In this document: positions 1 to 9,202 of the stretch, in pieces
Layout of the letters: each line of letters begins with the position of its first letter
Numbering within the stretch: the stretch's first letter is position 1
Assembly (NCBI GenBank): GCA_964548795.1
Contig: CAZJSO010000002.1
Location: forward strand, 1-40,772
DNA from: an uncultured Dehalococcoidia bacterium
Lineage (GTDB): Bacteria > Chloroflexota > Dehalococcoidia > SZUA-161 > SpSt-899
Length of the DNA stretch: 40,772 nucleotides
Reading direction: 5' to 3'
Notes under the pieces: generated by a model
The model's database searches: none
What the model was told of the DNA's origin: nothing
The model's input: only the letters and a program-made list of their open reading frames with translations
Program-made: the position numbers and the translations under genes

Positions 1-513
1 GTAAGGGGAGTCATTGTAGCCAGGGGTCCAGGTAGCTTCAGCGGGGTCAGGGTTGGGATCAGCCTGGCCAAAGGATTAGCTCTTGCCCTGAACATCCCTT
101 TGGTAGGGGTGAGCACGCTCGAAGCTATGGCCCTTGCCCTCGCCCGACTTGGTTTGCCTATCTGTCCTTTGCTTAAGTTTGGACGAGAGCTGGCAGTTGC
201 CATTTTTCAGCTCCAAGGGGGCAAGTTTGTGAAGCTGGCTGAGGAGCAGGTCGCTGACCCGGCGAGGTTAATTTCCTTAGCTTCCAAAGTGGAGGGGCCA
301 ATCGTGTTTTGTGGTGACATTGGGCCAGAAGTGTCCAATAAAATCCGACTGGAGATGGGCGGGAGGGCTTTGTTCTTGAGCTCCAGACTGCACAGGCCAG
401 GCTACCTGTGCGAGCTCGGTTGGCAAAGGCTGAAGGCCGGGGATTGGGATGACTTAGCCACCCTTCAGCCGCTGTATTTGAAGAAGCCCTCAATCACTTT
501 GAAGAGGAAATGA
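1..513 (+). CDS. tsaB: tRNA threonylcarbamoyladenosine biosynthesis protein TsaB (YeaZ family), 5' end outside the window
   Basis: Frame 1 is open from nt 1. The translation [44 protein letters not shown] carries the TsaB/YeaZ GPGSF(T/S)GxRxG...AKGLA core. The track ORF 100-513 is only the 3' part. Stop TGA at 511-513. Confidence 0.8.
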   Translation, partial: VRGVIVARGPGSFSGVRVGISLAKGLALALNIPLVGVSTLEAMALALARLGLPICPLLKFGRELAVAIFQLQGGKFVKLAEEQVADPARLISLASKVEGPIVFCGDIGPEVSNKIRLEMGGRALFLSSRLHRPGYLCELGWQRLKAGDWDDLATLQPLYLKKPSITLKRK

Positions 514-519
514 CTGGTC

Positions 520-1074
520 ATGACTGGGGAGACGAAGCATGTTTGCTTGCTCACTGGAGGGCCAGGAAGTGGCAAGACCACTCTTATTAAAAAGGTGCTT
601 TCACGAGTGCGCCTGAATGCCGGTGGTTTCTACACTGAGGAGGTAAGGGTTCAGGGTGTACGGCAGGGATTCAAAATCATCACTCTGGATGGCAAAATTG
701 CCACTCTGGCCCATATAAATATTTCTAGTCCCTATCGGGTAAGCAAGTATGGGGTCGATTTAAAAGGGCTGGAAAGCCTGGCTGTTCCTGCCATCCGCCA
801 GGCAATCCGGGACCGCGAGCTGGTAGTCGTTGACGAAATTGGGAAAATGGAGCTTTTCTCCTCTCCCTTCCGAGAAGCGGTGATGGAGGCCATCCAGAGC
901 GGAAAGCCAGTCTTGGGTACCATCATGCTTAAACCACATCCTTGGGCCGACGGCATCAAGCACCATCCCGCAGTAGAAGTTCTCTTTGTAGATCAAGCCA
1001 GCCAGGATCGGGTCGCCCGGCAGGTGTTAGAGTTTCTACAATCTTGCTCGGACAAAAATTGCAGAGGGAGTTGA
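520..1074 (+). CDS. THEP1/NTPCR-type nucleoside-triphosphatase (P-loop NTPase)
   Basis: 184 aa with Walker A GGPGSGKTT near the N-terminus and Walker B VVVDEIGKME. Size and layout fit the THEP1 (DUF265) family. It starts 7 nt after the tsaB stop. Confidence 0.7.
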   Translation: MTGETKHVCLLTGGPGSGKTTLIKKVLSRVRLNAGGFYTEEVRVQGVRQGFKIITLDGKIATLAHINISSPYRVSKYGVDLKGLESLAVPAIRQAIRDRELVVVDEIGKMELFSSPFREAVMEAIQSGKPVLGTIMLKPHPWADGIKHHPAVEVLFVDQASQDRVARQVLEFLQSCSDKNCRGS

Positions 1075-1077
1075 GAG

Positions 1078-1524
1078 ATGGAGAGGACATTGGTGTTGAT
1101 CAAACCTGATGCTCTGCAGAGAGGGCTGGCGGGAGAGATTATCTCCCGTCTGGAACGACGAGGGCTCAAAATTGTAGGACTGAAGCTTATCCACATGGAT
1201 CAAGCCCTTGCCAGGAGGCACTATGCCATCCATGAGGGGAAACCCTTCTTCAGCAAGCTGGTGGATTATATCACCTCAGCGCCGCTCATCGCTGCTGTTT
1301 TTGAAGGGCCAGGAGCGATAGAAGTAGTTCGACGCGCCATGGGAGAAACAGACCCCTTAAGGGCAGCTCCGGGAACCATTAGAGGCGATCTCGCCTTAGA
1401 TATTGGATATAACCTAATTCACGGGTCTGACTCCCGGGAAACTGCTGCAAGGGAAATAACGCTCTTCTTCTCGCCTGGTGAGCTAATCACCTATGAGAGG
1501 ACGATAGATCGCTGGATTAAATAA
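1078..1524 (+). CDS. ndk: nucleoside diphosphate kinase
   Basis: 148 aa with [21 protein letters not shown] and the NLIHGSD active-site His motif. SD GAGGGAG lies upstream. Confidence 0.95.
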   Translation: MERTLVLIKPDALQRGLAGEIISRLERRGLKIVGLKLIHMDQALARRHYAIHEGKPFFSKLVDYITSAPLIAAVFEGPGAIEVVRRAMGETDPLRAAPGTIRGDLALDIGYNLIHGSDSRETAAREITLFFSPGELITYERTIDRWIK

Positions 1525-1552
1525 ACCCCACAAAGTCCTTGGATTTTATGGG

Positions 1553-1607
1553 CCCGAAATTTAAAAACTGAATTTACGGGTCCCCAAAAGTCTTACGACT
1601 TTTGGGG
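1553..1607. terminator. tandem hairpins between convergent ndk and rsfS (putative bidirectional terminator)
   Basis: Hairpin 1 is CCCGAAATT / AATTT(A)CGGG at 1553-1580. Hairpin 2 is a perfect 11-bp stem, CCCCAAAAGTC-ttac-GACTTTTGGGG, at 1582-1607. There is no strong U-tract, so termination is inferred from position and structure only. Confidence 0.5.
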
Positions 1608-1614
1608 GAGTTAC

Positions 1615-1959
1615 TTAGAGGATCTTGAGCACCGTCGAAGCTCGTTCCCAAACTTTCTCCAGATCGTAGAACCCTCGTTGCTGTGGGGCGAAGATATGAA
1701 CGATCACATTGCCGAGGTCAAGGAGCACCCAGCCTGAGTCGGTCTTACCCTCACGGCGATTGAACGCAAGGCCCTCCTCACTCACCACTTGGTCAATCTC
1801 ATCACAGATGGCCTGGATCTGCCGCTCGCTTTCGCCGCTGCAAAGGACAAAGTAATCCGCGAAGCTACACCTTCCCCTGAGGTCCAGTAAGAGGATATCG
1901 AAGGCTTGTTTATTTAGAGCTGCCTCTACTACTTTTTTGGCTAGCTCAACTGCTTCCAG
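1615..1959 (-). CDS. rsfS: ribosomal silencing factor RsfS (iojap family); absent from the ORF track because it has no canonical start codon
   Basis: The minus-strand frame is open from the TAA at 1977-1975 down to the TAA at 1617-1615. It reads (VRGEH)LEAVELAKKVVEAALNKQAFDILLLDLRGRCSFADYFVLCSGESERQIQAICDEIDQVVSEEGLAFNRREGKTDSGWVLLDLGNVIVHIFAPQQRGFYDLEKVWERA, a full-length RsfS pattern. SD AAGGGGTGA (1972-1964) sits 4 nt before an in-frame CTG at 1959-1957. The exact start is uncertain. Confidence 0.75.
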   Translation of the reverse strand: MEAVELAKKVVEAALNKQAFDILLLDLRGRCSFADYFVLCSGESERQIQAICDEIDQVVSEEGLAFNRREGKTDSGWVLLDLGNVIVHIFAPQQRGFYDLEKVWERASTVLKIL

Positions 1960-1987
1960 ATGCTCACCCCTTACTTATGGCTAAACT

Positions 1988-2016
1988 ATTATAGCAGCAA
2001 ATGTTGACGGTGGAAA
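1988..2016 (-). promoter_or_regulatory. putative sigma70-type promoter for rsfS
   Basis: The minus strand reads TTTCCA (2016-2011), a 17-nt spacer, then a perfect TATAAT (1993-1988), about 30 nt upstream of the rsfS SD. Confidence 0.35.
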
Positions 2017-2037
2017 TAGCTACTACCCGGATTTTCC

Positions 2038-2066
2038 TTTCCATACTCCGTAGGTTATACTATTAT
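2038..2066 (+). promoter_or_regulatory. putative promoter for iorAB
   Basis: TTTCCA (2038-2043), a 17-nt spacer, then TATTAT (2061-2066), followed by SD GGAAGGGGG (2089-2097) and the TTG start at 2102. Confidence 0.3.
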
Positions 2067-2101
2067 TTGAGATTTCACAGCGACTTCGGAAGGGGGTTAA
2101 T

Positions 2102-4018
2102 TTGGAACAACTATTATCCATAGCTTCTGATGCTCCCGGGAAAAGGCTTTTCCTGATGGGAAACGAAGCCATAGCCCGGGGGGCCATAGAGGGAGGAGTT
2201 CAAGTTGCAGCCGCTTACCCTGGCACTCCTTCAAGTGAGATAATGGAGACCCTGGCCAGCGTAGCCAAGGAATTGGGCCTATACGTCGAGTGGTCCACCA
2301 ATGAGAAGGTGGCTTTCGAAGTAGCTTTAGCGGCCTCGGTAAGCGGCGTCAGGGCTTTGGCTTCTATGAAGCATGTCGGGGTGAATGTAGCTCATGATGC
2401 TATAGTAACCGCCAGCCATATAGGTGCTAAGGGTGGCCTGGTTCTAGTCGAGGCCGAGGATCCCTGGATGTGGAGCTCGCAGAATGAGCAAGACAACCGC
2501 CACATCGCTGAGCAGGCTTACTTGCCGGTGCTAGAGCCCTCCTCAGTTCAGGAGGCCAAGGATATGATGGCTCAAGCCTTCCAGCTCTCGGAGGAATTCG
2601 CGCACCCTTTCATAGTGAGATCGGTGACCCGCATAGGCCATGCCAGAAGCGATGTGGTTCTGGGCCAAATAACAAAGGAGAGAAGAGGAGGCTCCTTTCG
2701 GAAGGATCCCTCCTGGCTAGTCTATACCCCAGCTGGTGCCAGGAGGAACAAGCCTTTGATGCTGCAAAGGTTTGAGGCAATAAAGAGAGCCTCGAATGGC
2801 TTCCCCTATAACCAACTGAGCCTGGCTAAGGGAGCTGAATTGGGCATAGTCGCCTGCGGTCTTTCCTATAGCTACACCCTGGAGGCTCTGGAGTGGCTTG
2901 GCCTGGAAGGAAAGGTCTCCCTGCTTAAGATTGGGACACCTTATCCTCTGCCAGAAGAGCTGGTTAAGGAGTTGCTAAACTCCGTCAAAGAAGCGTTAGT
3001 AGTGGAGGAACTCGACCCATTTGTTGAGCTGCACCTGAAAGCTCTGGCACATGAAGCTGGCCTCTCGACCAAGATTCACGGCAAGGACTTGCTGCCTCGA
3101 ATTGGTGAACTCTCCACCCGCAAGGTTACCGAGGCCATCGCTAAATTGACCCACTCAAAGCTTCCGCTAGATTTCTCCAAGCTAGACAAACTGAAGGAGG
3201 AAGTAGCTCCCCTGGTACCTTTAAGGCCTCCGGCCCTTTGCCCAGGCTGTCCTCATCGAGCCTCCTTCTATGCCATTACCACTGCTGCCCGGAGAGTAGC
3301 CAGGGATTACGGGGAGGGAGTGCAACCCATTTATCCTGGCGATATTGGCTGTTATACCCTGGGTTACACTCCGCCACTGGAAGCGGTGGATACCACCATC
3401 TGTATGGGGGGTAGCTTTGGAATGGCTAACGGCCTAGCCCATGTGGTAAAGGCTCCCATAGTGGCCCACCTGGGAGACTCCACCTTTTTCCATGCTGGCA
3501 TACCTCCGCTAATAAATGCGGTCTACAATAAAGCCAATATAACCATGGTGGTGCTGGACAATTCAGCCACCGCTATGACTGGATTTCAGCCACACCCGGG
3601 CACAGGCTATACAGCCGTGGGCGACAAGACCACGCAACTGCGACCGGAGGAGGTGGCTCGGGGGTGCGGGGTACAGTTTGTCGAGGTGGTTGACCCTCTG
3701 GAGGTTGAGAAAGCCATCGCCACGGTGGAAAGAGCGATCAGGTTCGAAGGACCCTCGCTGGTAGTATTCCGGAGGCTTTGTACTACGCTAGAGCTCAGAG
3801 AGAAGAGGGAAAAAGGGGAGAAGATAATCCCCTATCGAGTAGATGAGGAAAAGTGCCAGATCAAGTGCAATGCCTGCATTAAGCTCCTGGGTTGCCCGGC
3901 CCTAATAAGGGTAGGGGGTAAGACTACCATTGATGCTTCTCTCTGCACCGGGTGTGGACTATGCGCTCAAATTTGCCCATATAATGCCATTGTAATAGGA
4001 GAGCAGGACAATGGCTGA
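2102..4018 (+). CDS. iorA: indolepyruvate:ferredoxin oxidoreductase alpha subunit
   Basis: 638 aa. N-terminal LMGNEAIARGAIEGGVQVAAAYPGTPSSEI, a TPP-binding region (GDIGCYTLG, GDSTFFHAG) and a C-terminal 2x[4Fe-4S] motif (CNACIKLLGCP, CTGCGLCAQICP). TTG start with a good SD. Confidence 0.9.
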   Translation: MEQLLSIASDAPGKRLFLMGNEAIARGAIEGGVQVAAAYPGTPSSEIMETLASVAKELGLYVEWSTNEKVAFEVALAASVSGVRALASMKHVGVNVAHDAIVTASHIGAKGGLVLVEAEDPWMWSSQNEQDNRHIAEQAYLPVLEPSSVQEAKDMMAQAFQLSEEFAHPFIVRSVTRIGHARSDVVLGQITKERRGGSFRKDPSWLVYTPAGARRNKPLMLQRFEAIKRASNGFPYNQLSLAKGAELGIVACGLSYSYTLEALEWLGLEGKVSLLKIGTPYPLPEELVKELLNSVKEALVVEELDPFVELHLKALAHEAGLSTKIHGKDLLPRIGELSTRKVTEAIAKLTHSKLPLDFSKLDKLKEEVAPLVPLRPPALCPGCPHRASFYAITTAARRVARDYGEGVQPIYPGDIGCYTLGYTPPLEAVDTTICMGGSFGMANGLAHVVKAPIVAHLGDSTFFHAGIPPLINAVYNKANITMVVLDNSATAMTGFQPHPGTGYTAVGDKTTQLRPEEVARGCGVQFVEVVDPLEVEKAIATVERAIRFEGPSLVVFRRLCTTLELREKREKGEKIIPYRVDEEKCQIKCNACIKLLGCPALIRVGGKTTIDASLCTGCGLCAQICPYNAIVIGEQDNG

Positions 4019-4616
4019 GGAACTCAACATACTGATCACCGGAGTTGGCGGACAAGGTGTTATTCTGATGTCTGAACTGCTTGGCAAAGCAGCCGTGGAT
4101 GACGGCTTGAAGGTAAGGGGCTCTGAAATATTGGGGATGGCAGTAAGGGGTGGGGCTGTGGTGAGCATCATCCGGATCGGTCAAGGAGTATTTGGCCCTC
4201 TTATACCTGAGGGAAAGTGCGACGTGCTGGTGGGGATGGAATTTGCCGAAGCGCTGAGAAACATTGCCTACCTCTCTAAATCGAGCTTGGCGGTGATTAA
4301 CTCCCGGAAGATAATTCCTTACACCGTTTCTTTGGGATTAAGTCCCTACCCTAGCTATGAGCAGGCCCTGGGAAAACTCAGGCAGGCTGCGGGAGAAGTG
4401 GTTGTTATAGATGGTGACCGACTCGCTCGCCAGGCCGGTGGTTCCCTTTCAACCAACATAGTCATGCTTGGTGCTTTATTTGGCACCCAACGACTTCCTA
4501 TAAAAACCGACACCATGAGAGGAACCATTAAAAGGCGTTTTCCAAAACAGGCGAAGATTAATCTTAAGGCCTTTGAGCTGGGTTACCAAGCTTGCCAGTG
4601 GAAAGGGGCTACGTGA
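4011..4616 (+). CDS. iorB: indolepyruvate:ferredoxin oxidoreductase beta subunit
   Basis: 201 aa with LITGVGGQGVILMSELLG (the gamma-type OFOR domain). The ATG overlaps the iorA stop by 8 nt. Confidence 0.9.
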   Translation: MAEELNILITGVGGQGVILMSELLGKAAVDDGLKVRGSEILGMAVRGGAVVSIIRIGQGVFGPLIPEGKCDVLVGMEFAEALRNIAYLSKSSLAVINSRKIIPYTVSLGLSPYPSYEQALGKLRQAAGEVVVIDGDRLARQAGGSLSTNIVMLGALFGTQRLPIKTDTMRGTIKRRFPKQAKINLKAFELGYQACQWKGAT

Positions 4617-4630
4617 TGAGGCTGTGAAGT

Positions 4631-5563
4631 TTATGGCTGCTCTCCAAACTCGGTGAGGTGGCGCAGGAAATTGAAGTTAGAATCCACCTCCTTCTGTAGC
4701 TGAGCCAGTTCCTCCTCGTTCAGGTGCCTGAACTTCCGAATTAGTTTGGTATACTCCCTAATTGGCTGAGGCTTGGCTGGTAGGTGTGTGAAACGAAATT
4801 TACCTCTTTCAGCCTCCCAGAGAGGGAAGTAATTAGTCCTCACCGCCATTCGGCACACTTCGATTGTCATATCGGTAGGTATCCCCCAGCCAGTGGGACA
4901 AGGGCTAAATATATGAATGTAAGCCATCCCTTCGTTCTTCATTTCCTTTGCCTTGAGCAGTTTGTTTACATAATCGCCCACATAGCTTAGGGTAGCAGTG
5001 GCCACATAAGGAATTCCATGCATCGCCATAATCAAAGGCAGGTTTTTGGCTTGTGTTTCCTTTCCTCTTCTGGCTACCCCGACCGGGGTAGTGGTGGTGC
5101 TAGCTCCAAAGGGGGTAGTACTGCTTCTCTGAACTCCGGTGTTCATATAGCCTTCATTGTCATAGGTGATGTAGATGAATCTTTCATTCCGTTCGGCTGC
5201 CCCGGAAAGGGGTTGGAAGCCTACGTCGGCAGCGCATCCATCCCCAGTGAAGCACACCAGTGTAATATCATGGCCTGTTTTACGATAGTACCGAGTGATG
5301 CCCGTTGCCTTTGAAGCCACGCCGGTCATAACAGAACTACAGTAGGCCAGACGATGCCAGCTACCTATGTTTTGCCCGTATAGGACAGGAGCTGAACAGG
5401 AAGGGGTACCCACGATGACTATTTCTTTACCTAGCGTCTTTGTCAGAAGCCTAAGCGCAAGCTCGAGGGGGCAACCAGAGCAGAAAGCGACCCCTCCAGC
5501 GAACTGATCTTCATAGCGAAGTTGCTCAAAAACCCTTGGCAGCTTTTTTGCCTTCTTTACCAT
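4631..5563 (-). CDS. 2-oxoacid:ferredoxin oxidoreductase beta (TPP-binding) subunit
   Basis: 310 aa with CSGCP near the N-terminus, GDGCAADVGFQPL and YDNEGYMNTGVQRS, typical of PorB/VorB/KorB. Its SD lies within the end of the alpha gene. Confidence 0.85.
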   Translation of the reverse strand: MVKKAKKLPRVFEQLRYEDQFAGGVAFCSGCPLELALRLLTKTLGKEIVIVGTPSCSAPVLYGQNIGSWHRLAYCSSVMTGVASKATGITRYYRKTGHDITLVCFTGDGCAADVGFQPLSGAAERNERFIYITYDNEGYMNTGVQRSSTTPFGASTTTTPVGVARRGKETQAKNLPLIMAMHGIPYVATATLSYVGDYVNKLLKAKEMKNEGMAYIHIFSPCPTGWGIPTDMTIEVCRMAVRTNYFPLWEAERGKFRFTHLPAKPQPIREYTKLIRKFRHLNEEELAQLQKEVDSNFNFLRHLTEFGEQP

Positions 5564-5566
5564 ACT

Positions 5567-6787
5567 CTACTCCTCTTCCTCCAATATCACCCAGGTTACT
5601 GCCTGGAATGCTTTGCCCTGTGAAGTGGCATAGACCTGCTCTATCATCCGCTCGATATGTTTCTTCGTGATATCCATGTTGGCTAGCCCATCTATGAAGT
5701 CCATTAGGGGGACAGAACCAATCTCAGGTGAAAGAGCTCTTAGCTCCATGTACATTGGCCCACAATTCCAGCCGAAAGAGATGCTGCGATCAATGACGCC
5801 AATGGCCTTCTTTCCCTTGAGAACCTGAACCAGTCTTTCGCCAGGGAATGGTCGGAACATCCTTATCTTGACCAGCCCGACTTTTATTCCCTCTTCCCGC
5901 TTTTGGTCAACCACTACCCGTGTCGTCCCAGTGGTGCTTCCTGAAGTGACCAGGACTATTTCAGCATCGTCGGTGCGGTACTCTTCTATTTGACCCCCAT
6001 AGCTGCGGCCGAAGAATTCCCCAAATTGCTTATCTATGTCATCCAGTTTCCGTTTGGCTCTTTCCATGGCAGCACAGTGTTTGTACCGTAGCTCAGTGTA
6101 CTCAGCCCAAAGTCCGTGGGATCCACATCCCAGAGGCTTGCCCGGGACGATCTTGAGGCGCTCGGGTTGCTCCTCCAAAGGTTGCATAAACCGGTCTACT
6201 TCTTTCCGGGCGGGAATATTCACTGCCTCTGAGAGATAGGAAAGGTAAAAGCCATCGTAGTTGACCATCACTGGCAGAAGAACCTCAATATCCTCTGCTA
6301 GTCGAAAGGCCATTATTACTGTGTCGAGAATTTCTTGGCAGTCTTCTACTACCAGCTGGATCCATCCGGTATCCCTAGTGCATATCATATCCTGCTGGCC
6401 AGAGGATACAGCTAGAATGCCTGGGGGTTCCCGATTAGAGTTAGCCATCACTACCGGGGCTCTAAATCCAGCCGTCTCCAGCATGGCATCATACATGAAT
6501 ACCAATCCCCAAGAAGAAGTAGCGGTAAATGCACGTCCGCCAGCAAGCGAAGCCCCCAGCACCACATTCATGGATGAATTCTCACCCTCGACTTCCACCA
6601 TCTCAGCATCCAAAATACCGTCGGCTTGGAACCTGGACAGTTGCTCTCCGACTTCAGTCTGCGGAGTTACAGGGAAGGAGGTAACTACATCTGGTCGGCA
6701 AAGCATGGCCCCATAAGCAACAGCTGCGTTGCCGGTTATCACCTTCACTTGTCCTTCTTCCTCTATTGCTTTCAAAACGTCCTTCAT
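5567..6787 (-). CDS. 2-oxoacid:ferredoxin oxidoreductase alpha subunit
   Basis: 406 aa with ITGNAAVAYGAMLCRPDVVTSFPVTPQTEV, the PorA-type N-terminus. It overlaps the delta gene by 4 nt. Confidence 0.85.
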   Translation of the reverse strand: MKDVLKAIEEEGQVKVITGNAAVAYGAMLCRPDVVTSFPVTPQTEVGEQLSRFQADGILDAEMVEVEGENSSMNVVLGASLAGGRAFTATSSWGLVFMYDAMLETAGFRAPVVMANSNREPPGILAVSSGQQDMICTRDTGWIQLVVEDCQEILDTVIMAFRLAEDIEVLLPVMVNYDGFYLSYLSEAVNIPARKEVDRFMQPLEEQPERLKIVPGKPLGCGSHGLWAEYTELRYKHCAAMERAKRKLDDIDKQFGEFFGRSYGGQIEEYRTDDAEIVLVTSGSTTGTTRVVVDQKREEGIKVGLVKIRMFRPFPGERLVQVLKGKKAIGVIDRSISFGWNCGPMYMELRALSPEIGSVPLMDFIDGLANMDITKKHIERMIEQVYATSQGKAFQAVTWVILEEEE

Positions 6788-7071
6788 TTCAGGAACTCCT
6801 TCTCAGACACCATGGTGATGGCATCATGGGGGCATTCCCTGGCGCAAATTCCACATCCTTTACAAAATTCTAAATTGGCCTCAAAGTGGTCTCCTTTATC
6901 AATCATGCACTGTGTAGGACAGTAAAGTGCGCACAGGGCACAATAGGTGCACTTCTCGTTGTCCACGATAGGTCTCTCAGTTCGCCAACTTCCCGTGTCA
7001 AGGCATAAAAGTTTCTCCTCTGCATTTGACCAGCATCCTTCATACCTGGAAGAAAATTCTCTCTTCACCAT
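6784..7071 (-). CDS. 2-oxoacid:ferredoxin oxidoreductase delta subunit (2x[4Fe-4S] ferredoxin)
   Basis: 95 aa with CTYCALCALYCP and CKGCGICARECP. Confidence 0.85.
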   Translation of the reverse strand: MVKREFSSRYEGCWSNAEEKLLCLDTGSWRTERPIVDNEKCTYCALCALYCPTQCMIDKGDHFEANLEFCKGCGICARECPHDAITMVSEKEFLK

Positions 7072-7613
7072 TTAGTCACCTTCACTTCCTCAAACCCGCG
7101 TTCAGCACTGCGAATATTGCGTCTCAGGATTTCACCCGTAAAATAGTCCCCCAAGGCCGACCGCAGATACTCTAGCTCCACCCAGCCAGTCGTGGCAGCA
7201 AATGCTCCCAATATGCAGGTATTAGGGACATCCCTTCCTATCTCCTCTACCGCAATTGTCGTGGCATCCAGCACACCAGCCACCTTGATATTCTCGCTCG
7301 GTCTTTTTACTAGCGGTATAGGACTGTTCAGCAGGAGAATTCCCTCCGGATGCAGGCCATCAAATAGCGTGGGCAAGGTCATCAAGGTTGGGTCTATTAC
7401 CACTAGGCAATCGGGATTATAGATCTGGGTCTTCTCCCTGATCGGTTTATCATCGAAACGGGCGAAGGCAACGACAGGAGCCCCGCGACGCTCGAAGCCG
7501 TACATTGGGAAGCTAGCAACATATTTACCCTGGGCCATAAGGGCGGTGGCCAACATCCTGGCTGCCATAACAGCTCCCTGCCCACCTCGCCCATGAAACC
7601 TGATTTCCTTCAT
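7065..7613 (-). CDS. 2-oxoacid:ferredoxin oxidoreductase gamma subunit
   Basis: IRFHGRGGQGAVMAARMLA motif. I prefer the ATG at 7613 over the track TTG at 7616 because SD GGAGGT lies 4 nt upstream. That SD begins right after the TAA of the upstream NrfD-like gene. Confidence 0.85.
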   Translation of the reverse strand: MKEIRFHGRGGQGAVMAARMLATALMAQGKYVASFPMYGFERRGAPVVAFARFDDKPIREKTQIYNPDCLVVIDPTLMTLPTLFDGLHPEGILLLNSPIPLVKRPSENIKVAGVLDATTIAVEEIGRDVPNTCILGAFAATTGWVELEYLRSALGDYFTGEILRRNIRSAERGFEEVKVTKW

Positions 7614-7626
7614 CAAACCTCCAAAA

Positions 7627-8526
7627 TTAAGCTGATGGCACGGTGGAAATAGGAGTCAGTGGATGATAGAAGCCGTTGCGCAGTATCAAATAGCGGAAGG
7701 TAACATCTCCCAGAAGTTCGAAGAAGATGGAGAGCCACAGAAGGGCTATTGGAATGGCCTCCAGGCCAGAGAGATACCCGCTGACCACCACGCCAAGGGG
7801 GAAGCAGACTCCTAATAATGCTACCACACCCCAGAATAATGGCCACCACCTTCCCGTTACTATCTCCCTAACCGAGAGCTCCCCTCCCTTGGAGCTATAC
7901 CTGACGCTAGTCAAATAGGCTGCTACGACAAGAATAAAGGCTCCAAGTAACATCCTAATCAGCCCCTCTAGTTCAGGTCCTGTCTGGCTGAATATGCCTC
8001 CAGCCAACATCACACCTAAAGCTAACTCAGCACCTCCCCAAAAGCCCGCCACCACATAAAGCACTGGCAGTAAGGCTGTATTCCATAGGGGTATCCCATT
8101 AACGTAGCTCATGGCAAAGCCACCGTATATGGTAACCAAGAAAGCTACAATCTCGAGTATTACTAGCAGTGCCAGGGGGGAGCTGGCCCAATAGGCCAGG
8201 GCCAGGTGTATGGCCCCTAAGACGATGAAGAGGGCAATGAATATCATGCCCCGAGAGATCCAGGAGGTTTGCGGCCTAAGAAAAGCCCGGTAGAATCTCA
8301 GAGGTTGTCCCAAATACAAAAGGTGGAACCCGCCACCCAGAACGATGCAGATAAGCCAGCCGATAAACATGCCCCACAGGCTATTGAACAAGGCAGCCAC
8401 AAACAGCATTCCAGCACCTAGCTCGATGAAAAAGAAAGCTAACCATAGGAGAACCCCCCGACCCTCTATCCATTCTCTTTGTGGGGTGTACCGGGTCATA
8501 AATTCAAATGGCCTTGTCTGAATCAT
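7627..8526 (-). CDS. NrfD/PsrC-type integral membrane subunit of a molybdopterin oxidoreductase
   Basis: 299 aa, hydrophobic throughout with about 8 predicted helices. It sits immediately downstream of the FeS and catalytic subunits. Confidence 0.7.
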   Translation of the reverse strand: MIQTRPFEFMTRYTPQREWIEGRGVLLWLAFFFIELGAGMLFVAALFNSLWGMFIGWLICIVLGGGFHLLYLGQPLRFYRAFLRPQTSWISRGMIFIALFIVLGAIHLALAYWASSPLALLVILEIVAFLVTIYGGFAMSYVNGIPLWNTALLPVLYVVAGFWGGAELALGVMLAGGIFSQTGPELEGLIRMLLGAFILVVAAYLTSVRYSSKGGELSVREIVTGRWWPLFWGVVALLGVCFPLGVVVSGYLSGLEAIPIALLWLSIFFELLGDVTFRYLILRNGFYHPLTPISTVPSA

Positions 8527-8546
8527 GACTTCAGACCTCCTTCCAA

Positions 8547-9191
8547 TTACTCTAAGTAGTATATTGAGGGATCAGTCCCGTACTCAGGGTGCAGTTGTCT
8601 GCCCTTGCGCCCTCTTATTAGCATGGAGACTTCGCTTCCAGGGTCTTCCAGATCGCCAAAGTACATGGCTTTAGTAGGGCAGTTAATTACACAGGCAGGA
8701 GTGGCTTCCCGGTCCACACCTGGCTTTAGTCCTTTAGCCATCCCAGCGTCAATCCTCTCCATACAGAAGTTACACTTCTCCACCGTGCCTGGCGTGTGAG
8801 GGTACAGTTGCTTACCAATCTCTTCGAAGGGCGTTAATCCTTGATCAGGGAAGTATTCATGCTCATCCGAGTAGAATGTTCGAGAATTGTAGGGACAGGC
8901 CATCATGCAATACCGGCAGCCCATGCATTTGTCTGGATCAACCCAAACGATGCCATCCTCCCGCCTCTGAGTGGCCCCGGTGGGGCAGACGTCCACGCAT
9001 TTGGCCTCCTTGCAATGGTTGCATCGTACCGGCAGAATATGCTTGCTCACCAGGGGATACTTTCCTGTCTCCGAAATCAAGACCCTGCACCAGAATACCC
9101 CCGGAGGGAGGAAATGCTCTGCTTTGCAGGTCAAAACGCAGTTCCAGCAGCCGATGCATTTCTTTAGATCTATGACCATTCCCCATCTCAT
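8547..9191 (-). CDS. four-cluster [4Fe-4S] electron-transfer subunit (PsrB/DmsB/NrfC type)
   Basis: Four Cys groups: CIGCWNCVLTC, CNHCKEAKCVDVCP, CMGCRYCMMACP and CNFC...CVINCP. Start moved to the ATG at 9191 (MRWGMVIDL), which is preceded by AGGAGGTG overlapping the stop of the catalytic gene. The track start at 9266 would overlap that gene by 64 nt. Confidence 0.85.
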   Translation of the reverse strand: MRWGMVIDLKKCIGCWNCVLTCKAEHFLPPGVFWCRVLISETGKYPLVSKHILPVRCNHCKEAKCVDVCPTGATQRREDGIVWVDPDKCMGCRYCMMACPYNSRTFYSDEHEYFPDQGLTPFEEIGKQLYPHTPGTVEKCNFCMERIDAGMAKGLKPGVDREATPACVINCPTKAMYFGDLEDPGSEVSMLIRGRKGRQLHPEYGTDPSIYYLE

Positions 9192-9202
9192 AAAGGCACC
9201 TC

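Noticed and set aside
4617-4630. A terminator between convergent iorB and the OFOR beta gene.
   Set aside because: Only 14 nt separate the two stop codons and no hairpin fits. Any termination signals would have to lie inside coding sequence and cannot be supported.
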